Positions 31,089 through 42,289 of a DNA stretch of 64,000 nucleotides are shown here, piece after piece. The translations under genes and the position numbers were made by a program. Every line of letters starts with the position of its first letter. Position 1 is the stretch's first letter. Origin of the DNA: an uncultured Eubacteriales bacterium (GTDB lineage: Bacteria > Bacillota > Clostridia > Lachnospirales > Lachnospiraceae); the NCBI GenBank assembly GCA_900539455.1, contig UQCD01000003.1, forward strand, positions 41,485 through 105,484, read 5' to 3'. The notes beneath the pieces are model-generated. The model did not search any database, had not been told where the DNA came from, and worked only from the letters and a program-made list of their open reading frames with translations.

Positions 31089-33037
31089 TCAAATTCCTCC
31101 AATTCCTTTGTGACAGTCTCCCATTGCTCCATATATTCCATAAGAGTTTCTTCCAGACTATCAATGTTTGACTGTATAGTTGATAGTTTAGTATATGCTG
31201 AGGCATATTCAGGATTGACTAATTCTGCCTTTTCTTTTTCTATATCTTCTTCTACCTTAGATATATTTTCCTCTAGCTTTGCAAGCTTTCTTTGAAGCTT
31301 TGATTTTTCTTTTCCAGGATTATCATAATTTTTTGCAGCCTTAGGCTTTTCCTCTGCCTTAGCAGATGCAAAAGAAAATGGTGTTTTTCCATTCATTTCC
31401 TTAGAATTTTTAGGAAGCTCCATTTCCTCTTGCAATGCTTTTTGTGCTACATAATCCTCATAGCCAAACTCGTAAAATTTTGTATATCCATTTTCAAAAA
31501 CAAGCAGCTTATTTGAAATCTCTTTAATAAAATATCTATCGTGAGATACAAATAAAATTGTACCCTCATAGGCCTTAAGCATTTTTTCAAGGGTTTCCTT
31601 ACCTACAATATCCATATGGTTTGTAGGCTCATCCAAAATAAGGAAGTTTGGTCTTTTCTTTAAAAGCTTACATAGTGCCAAACGCACCTTTTCACCACCT
31701 GAGAGCATTGATACTTTTTTAAATACATCATCACCAGAAAACAAAAATGCTCCTAAATCATTTCGTATTTCTGTTTCTGTAAGAGTGGGAAATTGATCCC
31801 AGTAATCGTCAATAACCTGTTTTTCACTGGTATAGGATGCCATTTGCTGATGAAAATATCCTATATCGACTCTAAGGCCTGTATGGTACTCTCCACCGAG
31901 AGCTGGAATTTCTCCTACTATGGTTTTCAAAAAGGTAGATTTTCCTAAACCATTTCCACCTATAATGCCGATTTTATCTCCTCTTGACGCAATAAAATCA
32001 ACTGTAGATAATACCTTATCATAGCCTACCTGAAGCTTAGAAACATTAAGCACTTCTTTTCCTGTTGTTTCTAATGGGGTAATATTGGCATGAAAGGTTT
32101 TATTGTCGTATTTGTCTGGCGCATCAATTATATCCATATGTTCTATAGCCTTTAGCTTTGATTTAGCCATAGAAACCTTTGTAGGCTTTCCCATAAAACG
32201 CTCAGCCACACCTTTAAGTCTGGCTATTTCCTTTTGCTGAAGCTCATAATCCTTTCTTTGCTTTTCGTGGATTTCAGCTTTTCTTTCAATGAATTTTGAA
32301 TAGTTTCCAACATATCTGCTGGTTTTTCCATATTCAATTTCATATACCACATCTACCACATTGTCTAAGAACATTCTATCGTGGGATACTACCACAACAG
32401 CTCTATTATAATTTTTAAGATAATTCTCCAGCCATTCCACTGTTTCAATATCCAAATGGTTTGTTGGCTCGTCAAGCAATAATATGTCTGGTCTACTCAA
32501 CAACATTCTAATAAAGGCAATTCTTGTCTGCTGTCCACCAGAAAACTCACATATTGGCTTTTTCTTGTCTTCCTCAGTAAATCCGAATTTTCTGACCATT
32601 ACTTCAAATTCTTTTTCATAGTAATATCCACCAGCCATTCTAAATTCTTCTTCAAAGGCTGCGTAGCTTTTTATATTAACCTCTGTCGGGTCATCATTCA
32701 TTCTTGATAATCGTCTATCTAATTCCTGCTTCATTTTAACCATTGGCTCAAATACTTTTCTAATTTCACTTTCCATAGAAATAGTATCATCCTCAAAGGT
32801 CATCTGTTTTAAATAGCCTATAGCTGGATTTCCGGACTTGGCAATAAACACATCCTCATCGCTATCTCTTTTTTCTAAATCCACTTCCCCTGCAATAAGC
32901 TTTAAAAGTGTAGTTTTGCCACAGCCATTGCGTCCCACTACTGCTATTTTTTCAGTATCTCTTATTTCAAAATTAACATTTTCCAAAATAGTGTCACCGC
33001 CAAGCACAACGGCACCATTATTTATTTTGTATAACAC
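31085..33037 (-). CDS. ABC-F family ATPase (Uup/YfmR-like; translation factor type)
   Basis: Two complete ABC cassettes (GRNGCGKTT...LSGGQQTR; GGNGLGKST...LSGGEKVR), an ~80-aa interdomain linker and a C-terminal coiled-coil tail; no TM domain. Confidence 0.85.
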   Translation of the reverse strand: MLYKINNGAVVLGGDTILENVNFEIRDTEKIAVVGRNGCGKTTLLKLIAGEVDLEKRDSDEDVFIAKSGNPAIGYLKQMTFEDDTISMESEIRKVFEPMVKMKQELDRRLSRMNDDPTEVNIKSYAAFEEEFRMAGGYYYEKEFEVMVRKFGFTEEDKKKPICEFSGGQQTRIAFIRMLLSRPDILLLDEPTNHLDIETVEWLENYLKNYNRAVVVVSHDRMFLDNVVDVVYEIEYGKTSRYVGNYSKFIERKAEIHEKQRKDYELQQKEIARLKGVAERFMGKPTKVSMAKSKLKAIEHMDIIDAPDKYDNKTFHANITPLETTGKEVLNVSKLQVGYDKVLSTVDFIASRGDKIGIIGGNGLGKSTFLKTIVGEIPALGGEYHTGLRVDIGYFHQQMASYTSEKQVIDDYWDQFPTLTETEIRNDLGAFLFSGDDVFKKVSMLSGGEKVRLALCKLLKKRPNFLILDEPTNHMDIVGKETLEKMLKAYEGTILFVSHDRYFIKEISNKLLVFENGYTKFYEFGYEDYVAQKALQEEMELPKNSKEMNGKTPFSFASAKAEEKPKAAKNYDNPGKEKSKLQRKLAKLEENISKVEEDIEKEKAELVNPEYASAYTKLSTIQSNIDSLEETLMEYMEQWETVTKELEEFD

Positions 33038-33080
33038 TCTTTATTCCTACCTTTGTTTTAATTGTTCATATATAACTTAA

Positions 33081-33560
33081 TTATTTTTTGTCTGTAACAT
33101 CAAAAATACTTGCTGTACTTTTATTTTGCTCTAATGCCTTAGCAGAGCCACCAAAATTATATGAAGCGCTTAATCTTTTTTCCTCATTATTTGAATCACG
33201 AAGCATAATAATACCTGCTGTAAGATTAAATACTGCAAAAATAGTAATAGTTCCTGTGAATAAAAGGAAAGTACAGTTAAGACCTGCTATAGAAAAGCAG
33301 GCATAATACATAGCCTGTTTTTTTGCTCTTATAGCATATACTGCTGCAACAATACCAAGTATTAATACTACAAGCTGAAATATCATATATATATTATAGA
33401 GAGCATTATTTTTTGTAATATTTGTAAGGCTTATAACATTTAAGTTATTTAAAGCATTTAGTAATATAAGCATTAATGCTGTCACACCGTGTAATATATT
33501 AAATATACCGGCTGGCTTTAAAAGTCTAAATTTATCGTTTTTTGTATTTTTTACTATCAT
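33081..33560 (-). CDS. Hypothetical small membrane protein
   Basis: 159 aa with 3-4 predicted TM helices; no recognised motif. Confidence 0.5.
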   Translation of the reverse strand: MIVKNTKNDKFRLLKPAGIFNILHGVTALMLILLNALNNLNVISLTNITKNNALYNIYMIFQLVVLILGIVAAVYAIRAKKQAMYYACFSIAGLNCTFLLFTGTITIFAVFNLTAGIIMLRDSNNEEKRLSASYNFGGSAKALEQNKSTASIFDVTDKK

Positions 33561-33653
33561 TTCAATTCCTTTCTTCTAAAAAACATATATATTTCAAATT
33601 ATATCAAATGGATATTTGTTTTTCAATTAAGATTTTATTAAAGAAAATTCGAC

Positions 33654-33705
33654 GCAAAAAAAGCTGCCTCCTAACTTATGAAATGTTAGGGTGCAGCCTT
33701 TTTTA
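33654..33705 (-). terminator. Rho-independent (bidirectional-type) terminator downstream of rho
   Basis: An A-run precedes the hairpin GCTGCCTCCTAAC(33663-75) / GTTAGGGTGCAGC(33685-97), which is followed by TTTTTT. Confidence 0.8.
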
Positions 33706-33715
33706 TTGGTTTATT

Positions 33716-35335
33716 TTACAGTCTGACCTTCTTTATCATCTGACAGAATTCCTGATTGTTCTTTGTCTTAGCAAATACATCTATAATCTTTTCTACAGTA
33801 TCCTCTGGTTTCTGGCTGTTTGTTGCCTTACGAATAGTGTCAACTGCTTCTCTTTCTTCCTCGCTAAGTAATAAGTCATCTCTTCTTGTACCTGACTTTA
33901 ATATATCAATAGCAGGGAATACTCTCTTTTCAGATAACTTTCTATCTAAAACAAGCTCCATATTACCGGTTCCCTTAAATTCCTCAAAGATAACATCGTC
34001 CATTCTGCTGCCTGTTTCAACAAGTGCTGTTGCAAGGATTGTAAGACTTCCACCCTCTCTCATATTTCTTGCTGCACCAAAGAATTTCTTTGGCATATGA
34101 AGTGCAGCAGGGTCAAGACCACCTGATAATGTTCTACCACTAGCTGGTATAACAATATTGTAAGCTCTTGCAAGTCTTGTAATACTATCCAAAAGAATAG
34201 TAACATCTTTTCCATGCTCCACTAATCTCTTGGCACGCTCAATTACCATTTCCGAAACTCTCTTGTGATGCTCTGGTAATTCATCAAAGGTTGAATAAAT
34301 AACCTCAACATTTTTGCCTTCAATAGCTTCCTTTATGTCTGTAACCTCTTCTGGTCTTTCATCAATAAGGAGTATAATAAGGTGCATATCTGGATTGTTT
34401 ATTGTAATAGACTTTGCTACCTCTTTAAGAAGCGTTGTCTTACCTGCCTTTGGAGGTGATACAATCATACCTCTCTGACCCTTTCCAATAGGAGAAATAA
34501 TATCTACTATTCTCATAGCCATATTATGTTTTTCTGTTTCTAAAACAAGTCTTTCATTTGGGAATATTGGTGTAAGCTCTTCAAAATTCTTTCTTGTCAT
34601 AGCTTTTTCAAGAGGAATTCCGTTTACCTCATTGATATATAATAATGCACCAAATTTTTCTGTAGGGAGCTTAATTTTAACCTTTCCTAAAATAATATCT
34701 CCTGTCTTTAATCCAAACTTCTTTATCTGGATAGGAGATACATATACATCATTATCCCCTGGCATATAGTTTTCGCATCTGATAAAACCAAAGCCATCCG
34801 GCATAATCTCTAATATACCATTAGCTACAATACCACTATCCAAGCTCATATCTATAGGCTCTTCTAATGCCTGCTTTCTAAGTGTTTCTAATCTTTGCTG
34901 TGGTGTCATATACTGCTGCGCTGACAGATCTGCTGTAGCTGCTGTGTTTTTTGCTGCCTCACCTGCTGTTGAATATTTTGCTCTTGCACTATTGTCAACA
35001 GTCTGCTTTTCTATTGTTCTGTGCTGATTTGGGTTTCCACCAGCAGTATTTGTTGTTCTGGTTAAATTACCAGGCTTCTTTGATACATCTGTTCTTTGCT
35101 TTAAGCTGTTTTGGTCTGTTCTTCTTTGTGGTGCAGCACTTCTGTATTCTGTACTCTGCTTTTGCTCTGTAATTTTTTCTGCACCTACTGTTTGTCCCTT
35201 TTCCTTATTGGCTACTGCGTCTAATATTCTGTCGATAAGTGTAGCCTTACGCATAGTTGTAGTTCCCTTAATTCCATTCACTTTCGCAACTTCACGCAAT
35301 TCAGACATTGGTAATGTTTCAAGTTTAGCTCTCAT
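33716..35335 (-). CDS. rho: Transcription termination factor Rho carrying a ~125-aa low-complexity N-terminal insertion domain
   Basis: Walker [16 protein letters not shown], the RNA-binding cold-shock-like region [19 protein letters not shown] and the Q/R-loops are present. Residues ~40-165 form a T/Q/N/A/K/R-rich insertion between the N-terminal helix bundle and the OB fold. Confidence 0.9.
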   Translation of the reverse strand: MRAKLETLPMSELREVAKVNGIKGTTTMRKATLIDRILDAVANKEKGQTVGAEKITEQKQSTEYRSAAPQRRTDQNSLKQRTDVSKKPGNLTRTTNTAGGNPNQHRTIEKQTVDNSARAKYSTAGEAAKNTAATADLSAQQYMTPQQRLETLRKQALEEPIDMSLDSGIVANGILEIMPDGFGFIRCENYMPGDNDVYVSPIQIKKFGLKTGDIILGKVKIKLPTEKFGALLYINEVNGIPLEKAMTRKNFEELTPIFPNERLVLETEKHNMAMRIVDIISPIGKGQRGMIVSPPKAGKTTLLKEVAKSITINNPDMHLIILLIDERPEEVTDIKEAIEGKNVEVIYSTFDELPEHHKRVSEMVIERAKRLVEHGKDVTILLDSITRLARAYNIVIPASGRTLSGGLDPAALHMPKKFFGAARNMREGGSLTILATALVETGSRMDDVIFEEFKGTGNMELVLDRKLSEKRVFPAIDILKSGTRRDDLLLSEEEREAVDTIRKATNSQKPEDTVEKIIDVFAKTKNNQEFCQMIKKVRL

Positions 35336-35573
35336 AATGATGATCCTTTCCTCAAATTAAAATTATGTATTATGGGATTTTTGTTGAAATAACTACGGAC
35401 TGTATGATTTCAATACCCCCTAACTCTATCTCGTTAGGGAATGCAAATTTTATTATACACCATATTCTTTCAAATTGGTAGTGTTATTTTTCTAATATTG
35501 TGATAAAATATATCTTAATTGCGTTTATGTCCCATAAATTGACATATAAAACTTTTTTGAAAGGATATTCATT

Positions 35574-36752
35574 ATGACAAACGGTGAAAAAGCTCTAAAG
35601 CTCCACGAAGAATGGTGTGGAAAAATAAACACGGATGCAAAATGCTCTATTAAATCAAGAGAAGATTTAGCTCTTGCTTACACTCCTGGTGTTGCAGAGC
35701 CTTGTAAGGAAATCAGTAAAGACCCAGAGGATGCTTACAAATATACTATCAAAGCAAATACTGTTGCTGTAGTTTCAGACGGTTCAGCGGTTTTAGGCTT
35801 AGGAAATATCGGTGCCTTGGCAGCTATGCCTGTTATGGAAGGAAAATCCGTATTATTCAAGGAGTTTGGTGGTGTTAATGCCTTCCCAATTTGTCTTGAT
35901 ACACAGGATACAGAGGAAATTATCAAAACAGTTGTAAATATTGCCCCTGCCTTTGGTGGTATTAATCTTGAGGACATTTCAGCTCCTAGATGCTTTGAAA
36001 TCGAAAAAAGACTTAATGAATTATTAGACATTCCTGTTTTTCATGATGACCAGCATGGTACTGCTATTGTTGTTTTAGCCGGTATTATAAATGGTCTTCG
36101 TATTACAAAGAAAAGCAAAGAGGACTGCAAAGTTGTTGTAAACGGTGCCGGCTCTGCTGGTATTGCTATTACAAAGCTTTTACTTACATATGGTTTCAAA
36201 AATATTACAATATGTGACAGATATGGTATTGTAAGCCAGTCATCAAAAAATCTTAACTGGATGCAAAAGGAAATGGCTAAGGTTACAAACCTTGAAAATA
36301 AAACAGGTCTTTTAGCTGATGCTCTTAAGGGGGCTGATGTATTTGTTGGTGTTTCAGCTCCAAATATTGTTACAGCAGAAATGGTTAAGACTATGAATAA
36401 GGATTCAATTATTTTTGCAATGGCAAACCCTGTACCTGAAATTATGCCAGATATTGCAAAGGCTGCTGGTGCAAGAATAGTTGGAACAGGTCGTTCAGAC
36501 TTCCCAAATCAGGTTAATAATGTTATTGCCTTTCCTGGTATTTTCAAGGGTGCTCTTCGTGGTCGTGCCTCAATTATTACAGAGGAAATGAAATTAGCCG
36601 CTGCTAATGCTATTGCATATCTTGTTCCAGATGAACAGTTAAATGACGAATTTATCTTACCTGAAGCCTTCGACCCACAGGTTGCAGATGTAGTTGCAAA
36701 GGCTGTTATGGATAATATTAAGCCAGAAAACACCAACAAAAAATCAAACTGA
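35574..36752 (+). CDS. NAD(P)-dependent malic enzyme (oxaloacetate-decarboxylating malate dehydrogenase)
   Basis: LALAYTPGVAEPC, GAGSAGIAI (NAD-binding) and FANPVPEI motifs; 392 aa, the short prokaryotic malic-enzyme type. Confidence 0.85.
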   Translation: MTNGEKALKLHEEWCGKINTDAKCSIKSREDLALAYTPGVAEPCKEISKDPEDAYKYTIKANTVAVVSDGSAVLGLGNIGALAAMPVMEGKSVLFKEFGGVNAFPICLDTQDTEEIIKTVVNIAPAFGGINLEDISAPRCFEIEKRLNELLDIPVFHDDQHGTAIVVLAGIINGLRITKKSKEDCKVVVNGAGSAGIAITKLLLTYGFKNITICDRYGIVSQSSKNLNWMQKEMAKVTNLENKTGLLADALKGADVFVGVSAPNIVTAEMVKTMNKDSIIFAMANPVPEIMPDIAKAAGARIVGTGRSDFPNQVNNVIAFPGIFKGALRGRASIITEEMKLAAANAIAYLVPDEQLNDEFILPEAFDPQVADVVAKAVMDNIKPENTNKKSN

Positions 36753-36798
36753 TTATTGACAAGCCAACAATTAAAACCTATTAAAACGACATATTGTT

Positions 36799-37701
36799 AT
36801 GTATATAAATAATGTTAATGACTATTTTAAAGGGCTGTTCGGAGATAAGGTCTACAAAATTTCATTGAATGCAGGCTTAACCTGCCCAAACAGAGATGGA
36901 AAAATAGGTACCAGAGGCTGCATTTTTTGCAGTGAGGGCGGTTCTGGTGATTTTGCACCACCGCCTAGCCTTTCTATTACAGCGCAAATTGAAAAAGGCA
37001 AAGCTTTAGTGGCTAATAAAATTAAAACCAATAAATATATTGCATATTTTCAAGCCTATACAAATACCTATGGCAGCATTGATTATTTAAGGAAAATATA
37101 CTATGAGGCTATTAATCACCCTGATATAGTCGCTGTTTCCATTGCTACCAGACCTGATTGTATAGACCCGCCTATTGCTGCACTTCTTAAAGAATTAAAT
37201 CAAATCAAGCCAGTTTTTGTTGAACTGGGTTTACAAACCAGCAATGAAACTTCTGCTGTTTTTATCAGGAGAGGCTATACAAATGAAATTTTTGAAATCG
37301 CTGTTTCCCTTTTAAACGGTCTATCAATAATTGCTCATATTATAATAGGACTTCCTTATGAAGCTCCAACAGATATTTTAAACACTATTAAGTATATAAA
37401 TGCTTTTCCTATTCACGGAGTAAAGCTTCAATTACTTCACATACTAAAGAATACAGACCTTTATACCCATTATTTACAAGCTCCCTTCCACATTCTTAGC
37501 CTTGAGGAATATGGAGATTTGTTGATTATGTGCATAAATAATCTCCGTCCAGATATTGTAATTCACAGGCTTACAGGAGATGGTCCAAAAAAGCTATTAG
37601 TTGAGCCAGCCTTTAGTTCCAACAAAAAGCTAGTTCTTAACTATATTAATAATAGATTACGAAATGAAAATGTTATACAAGGCTCTTTATACAACCAATA
37701 A
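36799..37701 (+). CDS. TIGR01212-family radical SAM protein
   Basis: LNAGLTCPNRDGKIGTRGCIFCS is the characteristic TIGR01212 cysteine cluster; 300 aa. Confidence 0.75.
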   Translation: MYINNVNDYFKGLFGDKVYKISLNAGLTCPNRDGKIGTRGCIFCSEGGSGDFAPPPSLSITAQIEKGKALVANKIKTNKYIAYFQAYTNTYGSIDYLRKIYYEAINHPDIVAVSIATRPDCIDPPIAALLKELNQIKPVFVELGLQTSNETSAVFIRRGYTNEIFEIAVSLLNGLSIIAHIIIGLPYEAPTDILNTIKYINAFPIHGVKLQLLHILKNTDLYTHYLQAPFHILSLEEYGDLLIMCINNLRPDIVIHRLTGDGPKKLLVEPAFSSNKKLVLNYINNRLRNENVIQGSLYNQ

Positions 37702-37713
37702 ACGGAGGATACT

Positions 37714-38238
37714 ATGGCTCTCGAGCAAATAACACTGTACAAATTTATGACTCTTTATATGCTAAACAAGGTAAATTTTCCTTTGACTAACAACCAGATT
37801 TCCCGATTTTTTCTAGACAAGGAATATACTACTTACTTTGTTTTCCAGCAGTTTTTATCAGAGCTTCTTGAAGTAAAGCTTATTTCTTCTGAAACTATTA
37901 GAAATACCTCTTACTACAAGATTACTGATGACGGCAGAGAAACCATAGAAATGTTTAAAAACAAAATTCCTATTGCAATTATTGATGATATGGACATTTT
38001 CCTTATTGAAAATAAGTATGAGCTTAGAAATGAAGTAGGTGTTATTTGTGATTATTACAAATCTACGAATCAGGATTTTATTGTTAACTGTAAAATCAAC
38101 GAAGGTACTTCTACTCTTATTGATATGAATTTGTCAGTTCCTTCCGAGGATGTTGCAGAAATGATGTGTAATAACTGGAAAGAGGCTAGTGAGGAAATTT
38201 ATAGAAATATAATGAAACGATTGATGAAGGAGGTTTAA
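37714..38238 (+). CDS. DUF4364-like small cytoplasmic protein
   Basis: 174 aa, immediately downstream of the TIGR01212 gene, which is a common pairing. The family assignment is recalled from pattern only. Confidence 0.45.
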   Translation: MALEQITLYKFMTLYMLNKVNFPLTNNQISRFFLDKEYTTYFVFQQFLSELLEVKLISSETIRNTSYYKITDDGRETIEMFKNKIPIAIIDDMDIFLIENKYELRNEVGVICDYYKSTNQDFIVNCKINEGTSTLIDMNLSVPSEDVAEMMCNNWKEASEEIYRNIMKRLMKEV

Positions 38239-38305
38239 GGTAGCCTTTAGCTATATTTACATTATATAAGAAATATAAAAAGATTTTTCATATAGATTAA
38301 CACAA

Positions 38306-38356
38306 ACAAGCCAAACAATGCTTACACATTATCTGGCTTGTATTATTTCTTTTAAA
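38306..38356 (+). terminator. Putative terminator between convergent genes
   Basis: ACAAGCCA(38306-13) / TGGCTTGT(38334-41) form a hairpin with a large loop, followed by ATTATTTCTTTT. Confidence 0.35.
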
Positions 38357-38411
38357 TCAATTATCGCTTATATACTCATACACTCTGTTTAAAATTAAAA
38401 ATCCAACTGTC

Positions 38412-38999
38412 CTATTCGGCAACAATAGAGTCTATAAGCTCCCAAATTTCATCCCGTCCCTGCTTAGTTTGTGATGAAAATGGAATAACCACTGTCTGTG
38501 GCTTTACATTAAGACCTGTTTTTATCATTTTAATATGCTTTTGCACCTGACTTCGATTAATCTTGTCTAGCTTTGTGGCAATAATAATTGGGTCATACCC
38601 ATTGTATACTATCCACTCGTACATATCTTTATCATTTTTTGATGGCTCATGCCTAATATCAATTAATAAAAAAACTGCTCTTAATTGCTTAGAGGTTGTA
38701 AGATAATTTTCTATCATCTTACCCCACTTTGCCTGAGTTTCTTTGGAAACCTTTGCAAATCCATACCCAGGTAAATCTACACAATACATTGCATCATTTA
38801 TATTATAAAAATTGATGGTCTGTGTCTTACCTGGCTCTGATGAAATTCTGGCAAATGACTTTCTGTTCATAAGTGCATTTATAAGAGAGGACTTTCCAAC
38901 ATTGGACTTTCCTGCAAATGCAACCTCTGGCTTGTCATTTTCTGGTAATTTACTGGTAATACCACATACAGTTTCTAATTGTAAACTTTTTATAACCAT
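38412..38999 (-). CDS. engB: Ribosome biogenesis GTPase YihA/YsxC (EngB)
   Basis: G1 GKSNVGKSS, G3 DLPGYG and G4 TKLDK motifs; 195 aa. Confidence 0.85.
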   Translation of the reverse strand: MVIKSLQLETVCGITSKLPENDKPEVAFAGKSNVGKSSLINALMNRKSFARISSEPGKTQTINFYNINDAMYCVDLPGYGFAKVSKETQAKWGKMIENYLTTSKQLRAVFLLIDIRHEPSKNDKDMYEWIVYNGYDPIIIATKLDKINRSQVQKHIKMIKTGLNVKPQTVVIPFSSQTKQGRDEIWELIDSIVAE

Positions 39000-39006
39000 A
39001 TTTCAC

Positions 39007-40266
39007 CTAACTTGCTTTATATATAATCTTTGGCTTTTCCTTTTTTTCAACAGCCTCTTTTGTGATTATACATTTTTCAACATTATCTTCAGATGGAACC
39101 TCATACATAACATCCATCATACAATCTTCCATAATAGAGCGCAGGCCTCTTGCACCTGTTTTTCTCTTGAAGGATAATTCTGCAATAGCATTAATCGCTT
39201 CCTCTGTAAACTCTAAATCTACATTGTCAAACTCTAAAAGCTTCTGATACTGCTTAATTATAGCATTTTTTGGTTCCTTTAATATACGAATAAGATCCTC
39301 TTTTTCTAGCTTATCAAGTGTAACTGTGACAGGTACACGACCGATAAATTCTGGAATAAGTCCGAACTTTACAAGATCCTGAGGCATTACCTGACCAAAT
39401 AGCTCAGTTGTCTCATCACTTCTGTCTAATGCTATGTCTGCATTAAAACCAATAGACTTTTTGTCTATTCTGGTTTCAATGATTTTTTCTAATCCATCAA
39501 ATGCACCGCCACAAATAAAGAGAATATTTGTAGTATCAATAGGAATCAATTCCTGATGTGGATGCTTTCTTCCACCTTGCGGAGGAACATTGGCAACAGT
39601 ACCCTCTAATATCTTTAAAAGAGCCTGCTGAACACCTTCACCAGAAACATCTCTGGTTATGGAAACATTTTCTGATTTCTTTGTTATTTTGTCTATTTCA
39701 TCAACATAGATAATACCATACTGTGCCTTCTCTACATCATAATCAGCAGCCTGAATAAGCTTTAACAAAATGTTTTCAACATCCTCGCCTACATATCCAG
39801 CCTCTGTTAATGCTGTAGCATCAGCAATAGCAAATGGAACATTGAGCAGCTTTGCTAATGTCTGTGCTAAATATGTTTTACCTGAGCCTGTAGGTCCAAG
39901 CATTAAAATATTACTTTTTTGAAGTTCAACATCTAAATTCTTGCCTGATGTTACTCTCTTATAGTGATTGTATACAGCAACAGATAAAACTTTCTTTGCT
40001 GCGTCCTGACCTATAACATACTGATCTAAAAATTCCTTGATTTCCTTTGGCTTCATTAAATTGATTTCAAGCTCAGTTGTTTCAAGCTTTTCATCCATTT
40101 CCTCGTCCAATATCTCAGAACAAATATCTATACATTCATCACATATAAATACATCCTTTGGTCCGGCAATAAGCTTTCTCACCATATCTTCTGTTTTACC
40201 ACAAAAAGAACAGCACAGCTTTTTAACACCATTATTGTTATCTTTTCCTGCCAAAATTCCATTCAC
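39007..40266 (-). CDS. clpX: ATP-dependent Clp protease ATP-binding subunit ClpX
   Basis: N-terminal C4 zinc finger (CSFCGK...CDECID), Walker A GPTGSGKT, Walker [10 protein letters not shown] and the pore motif GYVG. Confidence 0.9.
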   Translation of the reverse strand: MNGILAGKDNNNGVKKLCCSFCGKTEDMVRKLIAGPKDVFICDECIDICSEILDEEMDEKLETTELEINLMKPKEIKEFLDQYVIGQDAAKKVLSVAVYNHYKRVTSGKNLDVELQKSNILMLGPTGSGKTYLAQTLAKLLNVPFAIADATALTEAGYVGEDVENILLKLIQAADYDVEKAQYGIIYVDEIDKITKKSENVSITRDVSGEGVQQALLKILEGTVANVPPQGGRKHPHQELIPIDTTNILFICGGAFDGLEKIIETRIDKKSIGFNADIALDRSDETTELFGQVMPQDLVKFGLIPEFIGRVPVTVTLDKLEKEDLIRILKEPKNAIIKQYQKLLEFDNVDLEFTEEAINAIAELSFKRKTGARGLRSIMEDCMMDVMYEVPSEDNVEKCIITKEAVEKKEKPKIIYKAS

Positions 40267-40287
40267 CTCGATTCTGCTGCTTTTTTA

Positions 40288-40887
40288 TTACTTTGTTACA
40301 TTTTCCATTCTGTTTGTAACAATATAATCAATTAAACCATATTCCTTTGCCTCTTCTGCTGTCATATAGTTATCTCTTTCTGTATCTCTTTCAATAACCT
40401 CAAGAGGCTTTCCTGTATTTGCAGCAAGGATTTCGTTTAACTTTTTCTTTGTCTTTAAAATATGTTCAGCCGCAATCTGAATTTCTGTAGCCTGACCCTT
40501 TGCGCCGCCAAGTGGCTGATGAATCATTATCTCAGCATTTGGAAGTGCAAGTCTTTTTCCCTTTGTACCACCTGACAAAAGGAAGGCACCCATTGATGCA
40601 GCCATACCCATACACATAGTAGATACATCACATTTTATATAATTCATTGTATCATAAATAGCCATACCTGCTGTAACTGAGCCACCTGGACTATTTATAT
40701 ATAAATGAATATCCTTATTTGGATCTTCAGACTCAAGGAAAAGTAACTGAGCAACAACTAAGCTAGCTGTTGTTTCATTAACCTCTTCACCGAGGAAAAT
40801 AATTCTTTCCTTTAAAAGTCTTGAATAAATATCATAACTTCTTTCACCCCTGCTGGTCTGTTCAATGACATATGGCACTAAACTCAT
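40288..40887 (-). CDS. clpP: ATP-dependent Clp protease proteolytic subunit
   Basis: Catalytic Ser in GMAASMGA and His in MIHQPLGG; 199 aa. Confidence 0.9.
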   Translation of the reverse strand: MSLVPYVIEQTSRGERSYDIYSRLLKERIIFLGEEVNETTASLVVAQLLFLESEDPNKDIHLYINSPGGSVTAGMAIYDTMNYIKCDVSTMCMGMAASMGAFLLSGGTKGKRLALPNAEIMIHQPLGGAKGQATEIQIAAEHILKTKKKLNEILAANTGKPLEVIERDTERDNYMTAEEAKEYGLIDYIVTNRMENVTK

Positions 40888-40917
40888 AGATATACCTTCT
40901 TTCTTATATGAATTTCA

Positions 40918-42198
40918 CTATTTTGCCTGCTCTACAATGAAATCTACAGCCTTTTGAACTGCAATATCAAGCTTCATAGAATTCTTTTCCTTGTCGCTGA
41001 TTAACTCTTTAATCTTTTCAACTTCCATCTGGTACATTGAAGCCATCTTTTCTAATTCTTTATCAAGTTCTTCATCTGTAGCCTGAATATTTTCAGCCTT
41101 AACGATTGCTTCAAGAACCAATCTGCTTTCAATAGTCTTAAGAGCCTGTGGTCTCATCTGCTCTTCAAGCTTTTCAGGTGTCATACCTGTAAACTGCATA
41201 TACTGTTCCATTGAAAGACCCTGAGATGTAATTCTTCTAGCAAAATTATCAGCCATTGTCTTAACCTGTAAATCTACCATTGGAGCTGGGATTTCCATTT
41301 TTGCATTAGAAACAACTGCTTCTACAACAGCTTCTTCAAATGCTTCCTTAGCTTCTTCTTCCTTCTTTTCTACAAGCTTCTTCTTTAAATCTTCCTTGTA
41401 TTCAGCTAATGTATCAAAATCTGAAACATCCTGAGCGAAGTCATCATCAAGCTCTGGTAATTCCTTAGCCTTGATTTCCTTAATAGCTACCTTAAACATA
41501 GCTGGCTTGCCCTGTAATTCTTCTGCCTGATACTGTTCTGGGAATGTAACATTAACTTCTACTTCTTCGCCAACATTCTTACCAACAAGCTGATCTTCAA
41601 ATGTATCAATAAATGAATGAGAACCAATAGTAAGAGGATAATCTGTACCCTTACCACCTTCAAATGCAACGCCATCTACGAAGCCTTCAAAGTCAATAGT
41701 AACCATATCGCCGTTTTCTACAGCTCTACCTTCTACTGGTACCATTCTAGACTGTTTATCTCTTTCTTCTTCTAAAGCCTTGTCAACTTCTTCATCTGTT
41801 ACTTCAACAGCTTTTCTTTCTACCTGAACACCCTTGTATTCGCCAAGCTCAACTTCAGGCTTTGTAGCAACCTCTGCTGTGAAGATAAATGGCTTACCAC
41901 TTTCAATCTGAACAACATCGATTGATGGCTGTGAAACAATATCTAATTCACAGTTTTCAATTTCATTTGCATACGCTTCTGGAATAATGATGTTTGCTGC
42001 ATCTTCATAGAAAATGCCTGTTCCATACATCTTTTCAATCATCTTACGAGGTACTTTACCCTTTCTGAAGCCTGGAACACTCATTTTTCCCTTGTTCTTC
42101 TGATATGCCTTTTCAATCGCCTTTTCAAATTCCTCTGCTGGAACTTCGATTGTAAGCTTTGCCATATTCTTTTCTAATGTTTCTACTTGTAAACTCAT
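40918..42198 (-). CDS. tig: Trigger factor
   Basis: An N-terminal ribosome-binding signature region (GFRKGKVP), an FKBP-like PPIase middle domain and an acidic C-terminus; 426 aa. Confidence 0.9.
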   Translation of the reverse strand: MSLQVETLEKNMAKLTIEVPAEEFEKAIEKAYQKNKGKMSVPGFRKGKVPRKMIEKMYGTGIFYEDAANIIIPEAYANEIENCELDIVSQPSIDVVQIESGKPFIFTAEVATKPEVELGEYKGVQVERKAVEVTDEEVDKALEEERDKQSRMVPVEGRAVENGDMVTIDFEGFVDGVAFEGGKGTDYPLTIGSHSFIDTFEDQLVGKNVGEEVEVNVTFPEQYQAEELQGKPAMFKVAIKEIKAKELPELDDDFAQDVSDFDTLAEYKEDLKKKLVEKKEEEAKEAFEEAVVEAVVSNAKMEIPAPMVDLQVKTMADNFARRITSQGLSMEQYMQFTGMTPEKLEEQMRPQALKTIESRLVLEAIVKAENIQATDEELDKELEKMASMYQMEVEKIKELISDKEKNSMKLDIAVQKAVDFIVEQAK

Positions 42199-42289
42199 TT
42201 TAGCTTATTCCTCCTTAATTTTGACCATAGCATCAAAGAATTATATCATATTAAATTTGTATTGTCATCAGATTTTATATATTTTTTAT

